A DNA stretch of 64,000 nt. Origin: Octopus vulgaris (lineage: Eukaryota). The notes beneath the pieces were generated by a model. That model was not told the origin of the DNA. It saw nothing but the letters and a program-made list of their open reading frames with translations, and searched no databases. Shown one piece after another: positions 1 to 15,121 of the stretch (its first letter is position 1; each line of letters begins with the position of its first letter). A program made the translations under genes and the position numbers. The stretch lies in contig OX597839.1 of assembly GCA_951406725.2 (NCBI GenBank), forward strand, positions 6,820,001-6,884,000, in the 5' to 3' direction.

Positions 1-439
1 CACTCGTGCACTGACATACAACTTCTTGTCCTTCGGTGAATTGTAAAACTTTGTCATGTGATTGCAGGTGACAATGTTTGGTCCCGGGGTTATATTGATG
101 TGGTTTAAGGAGACCGGTGGGGGGGGGGCAGGCAGATAAAGTGAGGGAAGGGAATAAGGAAGAGAATGCAAGCATGATAAGAAGGAGGGTTCAGGCAGGG
201 TCCAGAGGAGAATTGGGAGGGGAATGTAAGATGAGGGAGGGAGGAAGGAGATTAGAAACGGAGAGAAGGAGAGAAAGGGGATGGGGAGAGGAGAAACAGA
301 GAGGGATGTGATTGGGAAACGCGTGCAGGAAGAGAGAAGGTGGCATGGAAAGAGAAAGCGATAGAGTAAGAGACAAAAGATGAAAGAAAGGAAGAAAGAA
401 AGAGGGACTAGGAGAGAAAGGTGAGAGGGAAAGAAAGAA

Positions 440-754
440 AGAGAGAGAGAAAGAGAGAGAATGAAAAGAAGGGGAGAGAGATAGCAAGAGAGAGAGAGAG
501 AGAGAGAGAAAGAGAAAGAGAAAGAAAGGAGAAACTAACCTGAGTAAGAAAGAAATATGCATTGTAAGAGAGGAGAGAGAGACAGAAGGAGTGATAGAGA
601 GAGAGAGAGAAAGGAGAAAGAGACAGAGACAGAACTGGAGAGATTTGGGAGAGAAAGGTGAGAAGGCTAGTGACAGAAAGAGGGAGGGAGAATGAGAAAG
701 AAGGAGCTAAAACTTTGAGTAAGAGAGAAAGAAAGATGCATTGTAAGAGATAGC

Positions 755-786
<32 letters not shown>

Positions 787-1110
787 GAGAAAGTGAAAGA
801 AAGGAGAAGCTAAAACTGAGTAAGAAAGAAATATGCATTGTAAGAGAGGAGAGAGAGAAAGAAGGAGTGAAAGAGAAAGAGAGAGTGACAGAAATGGCGA
901 AATTTGGGAGGGAAAGGTGAGAAGGCTAGTGACAGAAAGAGGGAAGAAGAGTGAGAAAGAAAGAGCTAAAACTTTGAGTAAGAGAGAAAGAAAGATGTAT
1001 TGTAAGAGAGAGGAGGAGAAAGTTTGAGAGAGGGAGAGACAGAAGGAGAGAGAGAAAGAGTGAAAGAGAGGAAGTGACGGAGAGAGAGAGAGGGAGAGAC
1101 AAAGGGACAG
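440..1110. repeat. GA-rich region with degenerate ~140-280 bp internal duplications
   Basis: Recurring blocks gagtaagaaagaaatatgcattgtaagaga (542, 818; variants at 717, 975) and gaaaggtgagaaggctagtgacagaaag (653, 912). Confidence 0.75.
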
Positions 1111-1691
1111 AGAAATGGAGAGCTGTGAAGACAAAATTACTTGCGGAAAAGAAAGTAAGGAAGAAAGAGGAACAGCAAAATAGAGAGAAAGGGAGAGGAA
1201 TGGCGGGAAATGGTAAATGAGTGGGAGGGAGCCCTGAGAGAGTGATAGAGGGAGGGAGAGAAAGAGAGAGGTGGGGAGGGATGAAGATAAAAGTGTATGA
1301 GGTGTGAGAAAGTGGTTAAGACAGTGTGAGAACGAGGGTTCAAGGTTTGGCCCCTAATCAGGGAGTTCACCTTAGTACATTCGCTCATCACACTCTCCTC
1401 CATCTTGGCTCACTCTCGCTTTCTTAAAAAAGTGTCTTCTTTTGTTCCTCGCCAGTCCACGTGACTGTTGTTCGAAGGACTGTTCTTCTTGTTGTTGTTG
1501 TATATCGCCGTCGTTGTATTGTTGTTGTTGTTGTTCTTGAGCTGGTTCAAATCGTTACCTTTCATTATTAATATTGTTACCAAATCTTGATGTCGTTTGT
1601 TATTGTTGTTGTTGTTGTTATTGCTGCTCAAGTCTGTTACACACCGCTCAGTTCTTGCTATTGTTGCTGTTATTGTTGCTGCCGCCACAAC

Positions 1692-1723
<32 letters not shown>

Positions 1724-1766
1724 CAGCAGCAGTAGTAGTAGTAACAGCAGCAGAAGTAGTAGTAGT

Positions 1767-1821
<55 letters not shown>

Positions 1822-2065
1822 ACAGCAGCAGCAGCAGGTGGTGGTGCTGGAGGTGGTGGAGATCTTTTCACTTTGACCGGCAGATTTTTTTAATAATTTC
1901 TAGGTAACTAAAAAATTTTTAACTTCATATACTGGTAGAACGTGTTTATAAAACATCTTTTTCTCTTGGCTTTATTGAGAAAATTCTGTAGTTTGTAACA
2001 TATTTTGCTGTTTAATTTCTTGCATTTCGACAATCTCAACCAATCCATGACATCTTTTGAGGTGA

Positions 2066-3440
2066 ATTCTTCTTCTTCTTCTTCTTCTTCTTCTTCTTCT
2101 TCTTCTTCTTCTTCAATTTCTTCTTCGTTCTTCTTCTTCTTCTTCTTCTTCTTCTTCTTCATTTCTTCTTCATTCTTCTTCTTCTTCTTGCCATCTTCTT
2201 CTTCTTCTTCTTCTTCTTCTTCTTCTTCTTCTTCTTCTTCTTCTTCTTCTTCTTCTTCTTCTTCTTCTTCTTCTTCTTCTTCTTCTTCTTCTTCTTCTTC
2301 ATTTCTTCTTCATTTCTTCTTCTTCTTCTTCGCCATCTTCATTTCTTCTTCTCCTTCTTCTTCATTTCTTCTTCTTCTTCTTCTTCGCCATCTTCATTTC
2401 TTCTTCTCCTTCTTCTTCATTTCTTCTTCTTCTTCTTCATTTCTTCTTCTTCTTCTTCTTCTTCTTCTTCTTCTTCTCCTTCTTCATTTCTTCTTCATTT
2501 CTTCTTCTTCTTCTTCTTCTTCTTCATTTCTTCTTCTTCTTCTTCTTCTTCTTTCTTCTTCTTCTTCTTCTTCTTCTTCTTCTTCTTCTTCTTCTTCTTC
2601 TTCTTCTTCTTCTTCTTCTTCATCTTCTTCTTCTTCTTCTTCTTCTTCTTCTTCTTCTTCTTCTTCTTCTTCATTTCTTCTTCTTTCTTCTTCTTCTTCT
2701 TCTTCTTCTTCATTTCTTCTTCTTTTCTTCTTCTTTCATTTCTTCTTCATTTCTTCTTCTTCTTCTTCTTCTTCTTCTTCTTCTTCTTCTTTCTTCTTCT
2801 TCTTCTTCTTCTTCTTCTTCTTCTTCTTCTTCTTCTTCTTCTTCTTCTTTTCTTCTTCTTTCTTCTTCTTCTTCTTCTTCTTCTTCTTCTTCTTCTTCTT
2901 CTTCTTCATTTCTTCTTCATTTCTTCTTCTTCTTCTTCGCCATCTTCATTTCTTCTTCTCCTTCTTCTTCATTTCTTCTTCTTCTTCATTTCTTCTTCTT
3001 CTTCTTCTTCTTCTTCTTCTTCTTCTTCTTCTTCTTCTTCTTCTTCTTCTTCTTCTTCTTCTTCTTCTTCTTCTCCATTTCTTCTTCATTTCTTCTTCTT
3101 TTTTCTTCTTCTTCTCCTTCTTCTTCTTCTTCTTCTTCTTCTTCATTTCTTCTTCATTTCTTCTTCTTCTTCTTCTTCTTCTTCTTCTTCTTCTTCTTCT
3201 TCTTCTTCTTCTTCTTCATTTCTTCTTCTTCTTCTTCTTCTTCTTCTTCTTCTTCTTCTTCTTCTTCTTTCTTCTTCTTCTTCTTCTTCTTCTTCTTCTT
3301 CTTCTTCTTCATTTCTTCTTCTTCTTCTTCTTCTTCTTCTTCTTCTTCTTCTTCTTCTTCTTCTTCTTCTTCTTCTTCTTCTTCTTCTTCTTCTTCTTCT
3401 TCTTCTTCTTCCTCTCCTTCCTCTTCTTCTTCTTCCTCTT
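2066..3440. repeat. ~1.37 kb (TTC)n microsatellite with cattt interruptions
   Basis: Directly visible; explains the poly-S/F/L and poly-K/E/R ORFs. Confidence 0.97.
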
Positions 3441-3974
3441 CTTCTTCTCCTCCTCCTCCTGGCAATTATGTGGAGAGGTCACATCACGAGGAAAGTGCTA
3501 CCCCCACAACAAATTTGTTTAAAAGTGCATGGAACTAGCAAGGATGGTTTGTATGACCGGATTTGTTCCGAGTATCTGCCGTTACATCGCCAAAGTCATC
3601 AAAAATACAGAGTTAAGTCCGGGGTTAACGAGCATAACGTACTCAGCCACAACCCAAAAACGTAATCATTTAGAATTCCACGCATAATGATAAACGAAAA
3701 TATACATTTCAGTGACAAATCTTGTCAAAATTGGCAAGGGATATAACTCTGCGATCCAAGTATATTAAAAGAAGCATGTAGTGAGCAGTTAGTGTGTCTG
3801 ATGTTTGGGAAGTGACAACACCACTGCCACTAGCACCACTACAATCATCAGTACTACTATACCAATGGCATCTTCATCACCATCGCTATTAAGACTACCA
3901 TCCCTTCGGTGGCTACCAACATTTTCTGCTACTTTTCCTACAACCATGGTTATAACCGCTTCATGACATCTCCT

Positions 3975-4425
<451 letters not shown>

Positions 4426-5162
4426 CGTCAAAGTACCAACGACTGAGCCTCTTTCTATCATAACTGTTCAAGCAAAACATTCCCGTTTTTCTCAAATTTT
4501 CTCAGAATGGAAGGGTGTACAAGATTAGTAGCTGTATTAGCAACGAAAAATATAAAGTTGAGATCGTCACGGTTGGAACGCTGTTGCTGTTCTAACCATG
4601 GATATGGATTGAACAACAGCAAGAAGATCAACAACAATAACACTACAGCTGACCCTAATCCCATAACAATTATCGCATACTCAATCCCTCACCCCCAGGG
4701 TATCGAGGAATGGACAATAAAGAAGGATGGAGATGAGTAGCAGAAGAAAGTTATTTGGTGAAGGCGGTCAAGAAAATAAAGGAATGGAAAAATGAGGAAC
4801 ACCAAAGCAGAGAAAGTGACGGGTAAATAAAGAAGATAAAGGAAATGGAGGAAAAGAGAAAAATAAAATGTTGTGGTAGTTGTGGTCAGGGGAGAATGCA
4901 GATGAAGAACGGCGGCGGGAGGGAGGGAGAGGTGGTTGTGCACTTAGTGTGTTACTGAAACATTGTGCTTTTGTTACAGAAGTTACGGAGTCAGTCCTTT
5001 GGGGATTTCGGGGTTCATATAACCGTGGTTGGTGCTCACCAAGTTCACTTCGTTTGATACTCAGATGCTCACAACCACTTATACGTACTCACCATTGTTC
5101 CAAACTTTTAATACCCTCATACATTTGCTCTCGCTCTCTCTTTCTCTCTCTTTCTCTCTCAT

Positions 5163-5216
<54 letters not shown>

Positions 5217-5242
5217 AAAAGCCAACACCATTATTGATTATT

Positions 5243-5891
5243 CTGGTGGTGGTAGTGGTGGTGGTGGTGGTGGTGGAGGCGATAGTGGTGGTGGTGGTGT
5301 AGGTGGTGGTGGCGGCGGCGGCGGTGGTAGAAGTGGATGTGGGGGTGGGGGGTGGCGGCGGTGGTAGAAGTGGTGGTGGTGGTGGTGGTGGTGGTGGTGG
5401 TAGAGGTGGTGGTAGAGGTGGTGGTGGAGGTGGCGATAGAGGTGGTGGTGGTGATGGTGGTGGTGGTGGTGATGGTGGTGGTGGTGGTAGTAGTGGTGGA
5501 GGTGGAGGCGATGGTGGTGGTGGTAGTGATGTAGGAATACTGATACTAGGTCTAATGGTGATAATTGTGTTGTTGGTAGCGCTGTCGCTGTTTGTTTCGG
5601 GGTGGTTCTTGTGATTGTCGTATAGCTCACAGTGGTGGTGACGGTGGTAGTGGTGGTGGTGGTAGTATTAGTGGTGCCAGTAATTATAAAAGAAGTAGTG
5701 CTGGTGGTAGTGGTTATTGAGATAGCAATAGTATTAGAGTGCCAGTGGTAGTTAGAGTAGTAGTGACAAATGTGATGGTCGTAATGGTAGTAGAGGTGGT
5801 GGTGGCTGTGGTAGCGGTGTGGGGATGACTGATGTGGTGATAGCAGTGACAAAGTTAGCCAACAGTTAGTAGAAGTGGTAGTAGTAGTAGA

Positions 5892-5925
<34 letters not shown>

Positions 5926-6048
5926 GTAGTAGTAGTGATAGCAGTAGGTGTAGTAGTAGTAGGGTAGTGGTGGTGCTGTTTTTGGCGATTACGTTGACAG
6001 TGGTGGTGGTGGTGGTGGTGGTGCTAGTGGTGGTGGTGGTGGTGATGG
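5243..6048. repeat. (GGT)n/(AGT)n degenerate trinucleotide region
   Basis: Directly visible. Confidence 0.9.
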
Positions 6049-6512
6049 TATAGTCCTTGTGTTCAGTACTGTCAACGTCTGGTTTCTAATTGATGTGTCA
6101 CCAGTTCGTGTTTAATCAGTTCCCAAGATCAATGGTGGGAAAATCCTGATTAATTTCGTCCCCTTTTGCTTCCTTTTGTTATCTTTTGTACTTTTGCCGG
6201 CGGTTTGCTTGCACTGCTTGTCAGGTCAACCATTGTCCCCTAAAACCTTTAGTCAACCCGATAACCGCATTGAGCACGCTTATTAGTTATATTTGATTTC
6301 TATTTACTTTATTTTTGTCATTTTATTCGTACTTAATGGGCAAACCAACAAACAGACACGCATATATATATATATGTGTATATATTTATATATATATGTA
6401 TATATATATACATACATATATATATATATATATGTATGTATATATGTATACATATGCACGTTATTAAATGTGCACCATATATATATATATATATTTACAT
6501 ACACATATATAT

Positions 6513-6550
<38 letters not shown>

Positions 6551-6604
6551 CATTTGTATATATAAATATATATATATTCTTTTATTGTTTGTATTTTTTA
6601 TATT

Positions 6605-6790
6605 TTTATTTGCTTCACTCATTTGACTGCCACCATGTTAGAGCACCATCTTAAAGGGTTTCCATCCAAAGAAATCGACCCCCAAGACTTTTTCTTTGTA
6701 AGACTAGTAGTTATTCTATCAGTAAGTAACGAAGACTTAAACACACCAGCAGCAGTTGTCAAGCGATAGTGAGGCTACAAACACAAACAT
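6605..6790 (-). mobile_element. SINE family B, degenerate 3' module
   Basis: catttgactgccaccatgttagagcacc...gttgtcaagcgat matches copies at 12246 and 16159. Confidence 0.75.
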
Positions 6791-6800
6791 ACACACATAA

Positions 6801-6843
<43 letters not shown>

Positions 6844-7036
6844 TATACATAATACCTATCTATACATACACACACACAAACACACACACACACACATGTA
6901 TTCATATGATTATGCAAACAAGAAAAATATGTGCTTACGCACAAAACTCTCGCAACTTGAATCACTCTTTTGCTTCTGCTAAATGTTAATACACACACAC
7001 ATTATGTACATACATATATACATACATACATATGTG

Positions 7037-7114
<78 letters not shown>

Positions 7115-7136
7115 TGTATGTATGTATGTATATATG

Positions 7137-7169
<33 letters not shown>

Positions 7170-7367
7170 TTATATATATATATACATATTAAAGAAATAG
7201 AGCATTATTTATATATGTTATGAATTAGAACGTCGGCTATTAATGGCAACAGACGCTACGAAAAACCGTTAAATAGGTTCAAAAAGGAAAAAGAAAAAGG
7301 AAACAATATAAAAACTATATAAGATATATATATCTTATGTAGTTTTTATATTGTTTCCTTTTTCTGT

Positions 7368-7635
7368 TTCCGCAAAATATCCCAAATTTTATTTAATTTG
7401 CTTTGCTGAAAGGATTGTTTCAACGAAGTCGCGTCTTGTCCTTACCTTCGAAAGTGGACTAAATGAAACAGTGACAACTGATGAAGGGGAATATTCTTTA
7501 TGCTGCATGTTTCATTTCTGTGATTGTTTTTTTTTCGTTGTTCGAAAAAGAGTTCGTTTCTACTTTTTTTGTTTTTATGTTTTCGTTTCTCATTGTGTTG
7601 AACGTTTTTTTATGTCCTGTACCCATATATGCATG
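7368..7635 (+). mobile_element. Interspersed repeat family X (unclassified)
   Basis: Colinear with 62639-62905 (+) and 12010-12200 (-): cgcaaa..cccaaatt..tcttgtcct..cgaaa..caactgatgaaggg..tgtcctgtac. Confidence 0.75.
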
Positions 7636-7732
7636 AGTATATATATATATATAGTGAGACTCATATATGCATGAAGACGGGTGTGTAAACAACAAACAGA
7701 TGTATTAGTTTAATGCTCGGGCAGTGAGAAAG

Positions 7733-7770
7733 TCTTTTATGTTTCGAACCTACGCTCTTCGGCAGAAAGG
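7733..7770 (-). ncRNA. Minimal hammerhead-like motif, CUGCCGA core, degenerate stem III (family Y)
   Basis: Reverse complement ccttt CTGCCGA a gagc gtag gttc GAAA cat a aaaga; homologous to 61305-61342. Confidence 0.55.
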
Positions 7771-7813
7771 AACAGAAATAAACAGGGAGAGAAAATAGAA
7801 AAAGGTTTAGTGG

Positions 7814-7860
<47 letters not shown>

Positions 7861-7861
7861 C

Positions 7862-7988
<127 letters not shown>

Positions 7989-8022
7989 CATACACACATA
8001 TACACATATATTTACATATATA

Positions 8023-8066
<44 letters not shown>

Positions 8067-8402
8067 AAATAAACAGATATGCATGTGTATATTTACATAT
8101 GCATACATATATGTACATATATAAATTTATTTATAAACATGTACACACATGTGTACATATACAAATGTATGTATGTGTATATATATTATATATATATATG
8201 TATATGTATATGTGTATGCAGCAGAAGACGAAACACAAATACCGTTGTTTGAATGTACATTCCTTGATAGATAAAGTGTCACCGGTTTTAGGAAAAGTTT
8301 ATTGAAAAGCTAGCTTTTATCGAGAGAAAGTTCGCGGACATTTATAGCCAAATAAGCGTACAACTGAACGGATGTGAGAAAAAGGACTACGCATGTGTGT
8401 GG

Positions 8403-8549
<147 letters not shown>

Positions 8550-10062
8550 GAAAAGTTCTTAGGAAAATATATATATGTATATATATATGTACATATATAT
8601 CTGTGTGTATATACGCGTGTCTATATAAATGCACATATATGTTTATGTGGATGCGTTTGTTTCCGAGTTCATGCCTGTATGACAGAAAAAGAAGGGTTTC
8701 TGATGGTTAAGGGCTGTAAAGAAAGGCGTTGCTGCCGGTTGATTCTTCATTCCATTTGCCATTTTGTTTTTTGTTTGGTAGTGTTTGCTGCTGTTGAAGC
8801 CGCTCTTCATGGTGTTGGTAGTGTTGGTAGTGGTGGTCGTGGTTGGGGTGGTGGTGGTAGTGGTGGTTGCTATTTTCGTCGTTATCGCTGTTATTTTTCG
8901 CGTAATTCTCGAAGAGATCGCGATATATGTAGACATGTATGTAAATACATACAAGCAGACTCACATGTATGTGAATGTGTGTGCGTGTGTCGGGGATGTC
9001 TGTGTGTGAGGGCCTGTGTTTATACATATATATGTGTATATATATATAGATATATGTGTATATATATAGATATAAACGCCCACATAAATAAATAAATATA
9101 TAAATGTGCGTGTGTGTGTGTGTGTTTGCGTGTGTGTCTGTGTCTGTATATATGTGTACATGTAAGTACATATATACCTATATATATGGACATTTACATA
9201 CATGCATGTATGTATATGCATAAATATATAGGGATGTATGAATGTATGTATGAATATATATATATATATAAATATATGTATGTATATATATATATATATA
9301 AATATATTTGTATGTTTGTGTGTATATATATGTGTATATACATATGTGTTTATAAATGGTAAAAGTGAGTTAAGTTTAAGGAATTAAGAGTAAAATGGAA
9401 TCAGATTTATTTTGGCAGGGAAGAGACAGCTTGGATGAAAAGTTCTTAGGAAAATCCTTGTAGGAGATTTTGGCAAACGGAAAGATAAAGAAACTGGAGA
9501 GAAAGAGAGAGAGAGAGGGGAGAGGGAGAAGAAGAAAGTGGGAGATGGTGGGGAATAGAGAGAAAGTGTGTATGGAGATATAATCGAAGATATTTGGAAG
9601 GATAAAGGGAAATATGTAGACCTGGAAAGAGAGGGAAAGTTAAAGAGTGATACAGAAAGACCGAGAGGGAGAGAGGGGAGAGAGAGGGGGGAGAGAGAGA
9701 ACCACAGATGTAAATTGACATACAGAAAGGGTCATATATTTATAGAATTTACACATACACCCATATATATATGCATATATATGTGTATATGTATATATAT
9801 ATGTATGTATATATATGTATGCATTATGTATATATAAAGGTATATATGTATATATGTGTATATATAATTATATATGTATGTATATATAAATATGTATGCA
9901 TTATGTATATATAAAGGTATATATGTATATATGTGTATATATGTGTATATATGTATATATGTATGTATATATACGTATATATTCACAGACATGTATATGT
10001 GCGTACGTGTACACATAAACAAAGAGGCATGTGTACATATGTATACATACAACCATACACAA

Positions 10063-10120
<58 letters not shown>

Positions 10121-10910
10121 GTTGGTGTGTGTGTGTGTGGGTGGGTGGATGTGTTTATTTATATATGTGTGTATGTGTTGATATACACAATAGGCGAGCT
10201 GTAGTGATGTACAAATGGACATACACAGAAAAATAAAGACAATAAGAATAATGAAAAAAAAAACAATAAAAGTAGTAGCAAACAAAAAATAAATAAATAA
10301 CAAAATACTAATAAAGTAGGAAATAAATAAATAAATAAATAAATAAAACTAGAAGAAAAAGAAAGTGGCAGGGGTGGGCAGGAGGGCAATTTTTTTCATG
10401 CAAAAAAATAAAAAGGCAAATAAATAAATAAAAAATAGATAAATAAATAAATAAATATATAAAAACATGAAATTTGCGGAATTTCCTCCCGTTTACTCTT
10501 GTGAAATGCAGATTATTACGTATTTCTGATTTTTTACTTCTACTTTACGAAGTAACGTAAGTGACGTGGTTCCTACCGGGATTCGAAACCATGTTCATAG
10601 ATTTAATACTTTGCTACAAAGCTTATCTCTAAGAATTAGTTCATAAAAACTTAAAGGATCTTCCTGAAGATATTATTTAGTTCCAGGTCGTTTCTGAGTA
10701 AACTGACCTATCACCAAGCATACTCTAGCCGTGCCCATCTCGTGGTATGTTTAATATTTATTTTGATATCGCGTATGAAAAAGTACGTTCTCCAACATAG
10801 CTTTCATTTTATAAGATTCTATGTAGGTTGTAATTTCATAAGATTTGACTGCTATTTCTGGCAGAGCGTGTAACCTACGTACACTTACCCATGTTGGTTC
10901 GAAATAACAA

Positions 10911-11138
10911 CGGCGAGCTGGCAGAAACGTTAGCACGCCGGGCGAAACGCGTATGCGTATTTCGTCTGTCGTTACGTTGTGAGTTCAAATTCCGCCGAGG
11001 TCGACTTTGCCTTTCATCCTTTCGGGGTCGATAAATTAAGTACCAGTTACGCACTGGGGACGATGTAATCGACTTAATCCGTTTGTCTGTCTTTGTCCTC
11101 TCTGTGTTTAGCCCCTTGTGGGTAATAAAGAAATAGGT
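10911..11138 (+). mobile_element. tRNA-derived SINE family A
   Basis: ggcgagctggcagaa A-box-like head, gagttcaaattcc B-box, body gcctttcatcctttcggggtcgataaa; near-identical copies at 18391, 36659, 59615. Confidence 0.9.
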
Positions 11139-11629
11139 AGAAGTTTATCTTGTTCTTTAATGTTTGAAATATCAGCAGATGACCTCATATACAGGGATAG
11201 GTATCGGTCAACCACATTAACCCCAGTACATGACTGGTCTATCGCCCATGAAGGGATGATACGCAAAGCTGACCTCAACGTTAATTGAACTCAGAACGTA
11301 AAGGTTTAGAAGAAATTACGTCAATTAGATCTGCGTCAAGTCCACGAACAAACACACTTATAATGAAAGACATTCATTTGTGATCATTCCCGGCTTTTTT
11401 TAGGCATAGTCTATGTTGGATTATATTGTCCAATGTGCTCTTCTTTAGACGGAGACGTTAGATGCACGATTTGGAGAGAGAGACTTCTCTGTTAATTCTA
11501 ACAGATCGGATATCCACATAAAGGTTCTTTTGTTGGTCCAAGGTGGTGGGAGAGGGTGACCTCTGTAGTGGTGGTAACGCTGCTAGTATTTGTGCTACTA
11601 CAAGACACACGCACACATATACACACACG

Positions 11630-11684
<55 letters not shown>

Positions 11685-12009
11685 TAAGAACAAACTTACT
11701 TAGAAATGGATGCGTGTGTTCCGTCATATAATAACAAATTAATAAATAAAACATATGCATATATACATACATATATGTACGTACCTACTTCTACATGTAT
11801 ATATACAATTTTATTTTGTTTTTTGTATTTCAGCTTAGTTTTTCATTGGGGCTGGCCGTGTCGGAGCAATATCAGGATTAATCAGCCGAAATTTGCTATG
11901 ATGATCCGGTTCCTGACTGAAGATTAAAGGTTTCGAATGACCCGTCCGTTGCATATGTCGTCTCTTTGTATATGTTATATATAATTCTTATACCTATAAT
12001 TTATATATA

Positions 12010-12200
12010 CATGCATATATGGGTACAGACACAAAAGAAAAAAAACGTCGAGCACAATGAGAAACGAAATCATAAACACAAAACCAAGGAAATGGACATT
12101 TTTTCTTAAACAACGAAAAAATAGAGTACAAGACATACAAAACAAGGAAAATTCCCCTTCTTCAGTCGCCTCTGTTTCATCTACTCCGCGTTTCGAAGGT
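12010..12200 (-). mobile_element. Interspersed repeat family X, partial
   Basis: Reverse complement aligns with 7445-7635. Confidence 0.7.
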
Positions 12201-12245
<45 letters not shown>

Positions 12246-12248
<3 letters not shown>

Positions 12249-12470
12249 TTCTCTTTTACTCGTTTCAGTCATTTGACTTTGCGGCCATGCTGGAGCACCG
12301 CCTTTAATCGAGCAACTCGACCCCGGGACTTATTCTTTGTAAGCCCAGTACTTATTCTATCGGTCTCTTTTTGCCGAACCGCTAAGTTACGGGGACGTAA
12401 ACACACCTGCATCGGTTGTCAAGCGATGTTGGGAGGACAAACACAGACACACAAACATACACACACATAC

Positions 12471-12503
<33 letters not shown>

Positions 12504-12624
12504 CACTCACAAGGCATTGGTCGGCCCGGGGCTATAGCAGAAGACACTTGCCCAAGATGCCACGCAGTGGGACTGAACCCGGAACCATGTGGTTGGTAAG
12601 CAAGCTACTTACCACACAGCCACT

Positions 12625-12628
<4 letters not shown>
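12246..12628 (-). mobile_element. tRNA-derived SINE family B with internal microsatellite
   Basis: Head ggagtggctgtgtggtaag..gggttcagtccc, CORE-like cttgggcaagtg, internal (TA/CA)n, tail ggcggtgctccagcatggccgca..actgaaac. Confidence 0.9.
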
Positions 12629-12676
<48 letters not shown>

Positions 12677-12681
12677 TTTTG

Positions 12682-12879
12682 AAGATGGGTGCTGAAAAGA
12701 TCCTGGTTTGAGTAAATGAAAAATACAGAAGCATCAGCTATTCACCTCTCAGATTCACACACTTATTCCAGTGGTCCTTTAGTTTTTCTAAGCCCTGTAA
12801 AAGAACTCAAAAGGTTAGGCCACCAACCAGGCCCTTCGTGATACCCTTAAAGCCATGAAATTTTCACCATTCCTTCGTA
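12682..12879 (-). mobile_element. Internally deleted mariner (Tc1/mariner) element
   Basis: Imperfect TIRs (gggtgctgaaaagatcctggttt / aaagccatgaaattttcaccattccttcgta, ending in TA). The minus strand encodes LQGLEKLKDHWNKCVNLRGE, matching the mariner transposase C-terminal KLxxRWxKCxxxxGxY pattern. Confidence 0.75.
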
Positions 12880-13207
12880 TAAGATCTTTTACTTGTTTCA
12901 GTCAATAGACAATGGCCGAGCTGGGGCCCCGCCTTGAAGAATTTTTATGTATGTATGTAGTATGCATGATAACCACCATCAACATTATCGACAAAACAGC
13001 CACCATCACTGCTATTACTAATCATATTATCTTTCGCCATTAGCACCACCAACACCACATCAACCAAGAGAGCCGTTATCACCATTAAATCATATAACAC
13101 CGCTTCTTCATAGCACAACTGTTAGCACATGTCACGTCACAACCACTACCTCAATTACTAACATCACTACATATATATAAAGATATATATGTATCTATTT
13201 ATCTATC

Positions 13208-13277
<70 letters not shown>

Positions 13278-13333
13278 TGTATATGTGTATATGTATGTGT
13301 ATATGTATGTGTATATGTAGGTATATATGTATT

Positions 13334-13387
<54 letters not shown>

Positions 13388-13389
13388 TA

Positions 13390-13435
<46 letters not shown>

Positions 13436-14187
13436 ATGTGTATATGTATTTGTATATATATGTATATATGTAGGTATATATGTATTTGTGTGTGTATATA
13501 TATATGTATGTATGTATATACATATATGTATATATATATGTATGTATGTATGTGTATGTATATATGTAGGTATGTATGTATTTGTATATATATGTATATA
13601 TACTATCACCATCGCCAACGCCAACTTCATAAACCACCGTAAAACCATAAAGCCATACCAGCTATAACTACCATTAACATCCAACAGCCAAAACAACCGC
13701 CATTACTCTACATGCCACCACCATGACCAAATACCAACATCAACACAACAACTACAACAACAACTACAGACTGTCATTACTATATATACTACCACCACCA
13801 CCACCACCACCACCAACACCATCATCTCCACCGACACCTAAATATTAGAAAGCAGTAAATTTCACCATAACATTATGGAAGAGATATACTGAGATAATAT
13901 TGTTAAGCTGTTGATTGAAAGCTTTTATCAAAGGCTTAGGTGTACGTACAGTAGATTTATAGTAGACTTACGATGAAGGGAACATGTCTAGATTAGGCCT
14001 ACAGACATGTGTGATTTGCGTGTATATATATATATATATATATACATATATATATACATATACAGTATATACATATATGCATATATGAACATATATATAT
14101 ATATAAGTATGTATATATATATATACATATATGCATATATGTATATATGTATACATACTTATATATATATATATGTTCATATATGCA

Positions 14188-14232
<45 letters not shown>

Positions 14233-14501
14233 TCATGTATATATATGCATACATAGAGAGAAAGGGAAATATTATTGACATTTTACGCACATACACACAG
14301 TGATATACGCAGCTTTATCTCTCACAACTAAATAATAGTGTATGCATAAGAGTGTGTCCATTTGTATATACATATATATATATATATTATCATAAAAGAT
14401 ATATATATATATATGTATATATATATATGTATGTATATATATATATGTATGTATATATATATGTATGTATATATATATGTATGTATGTAGATATATATAT
14501 T

Positions 14502-14539
<38 letters not shown>

Positions 14540-14572
14540 TATCTGTGCGTATATATGTGTGTGTGCGAGTGT

Positions 14573-14633
<61 letters not shown>

Positions 14634-14854
14634 GTTTGTAGCTTGGTGATAGTAATAGTGCGGTAGTGATAATAGTGTTGGTATTAGTAGTAATCGTGTT
14701 TGAAAATTAGTATTCCAAATGCTTGTCCACAAGTGAAAACTCTACCGTGACGGAAGCGTTGAATGCGTCAGAAAAATGCGGTGGTCCTCTGCAGTCATTA
14801 TCAAGGTGGAATGTATGTTATACCAAAATTGATTAAAATATAAATTAGAATGTG

Positions 14855-14895
<41 letters not shown>

Positions 14896-15121
14896 TAGAT
14901 AATAAAACGAATGGTTTAAACCTGGTAGATCGTAAAGCACGATCATTGCACAGTGTTCGTTGTGTATTTGGTTAATAATAGTAAAATGAAACAATAGTTT
15001 AATAACCCACCTACTGGAATCAGCAAGCGTATAGATACCGCCACATCGTGATAGTAACAATGATTGTGATATAGCTAACACGGTAACAACCTCGACCGTA
15101 TATACAAAGAAATATAATTAA

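Noticed and set aside
2005-3522. 505-aa ORF and the many other long low-complexity ORFs in the track
   Set aside because: Translations of stop-free microsatellites.
3468-3665. 65-aa non-repetitive ORF (also 4507-4740)
   Set aside because: No recognisable domain or convincing splice-site pair.
8276-8335. Possible very decayed hammerhead on the minus strand (accggt palindrome)
   Set aside because: Needs several core substitutions and lacks stem I.
10565-10630. tRNA-like T-arm and acceptor end on the minus strand (ttcgaatcccggtaggaacca)
   Set aside because: No D-arm or 5' acceptor strand can be folded; at most a decayed tRNA or SINE remnant.
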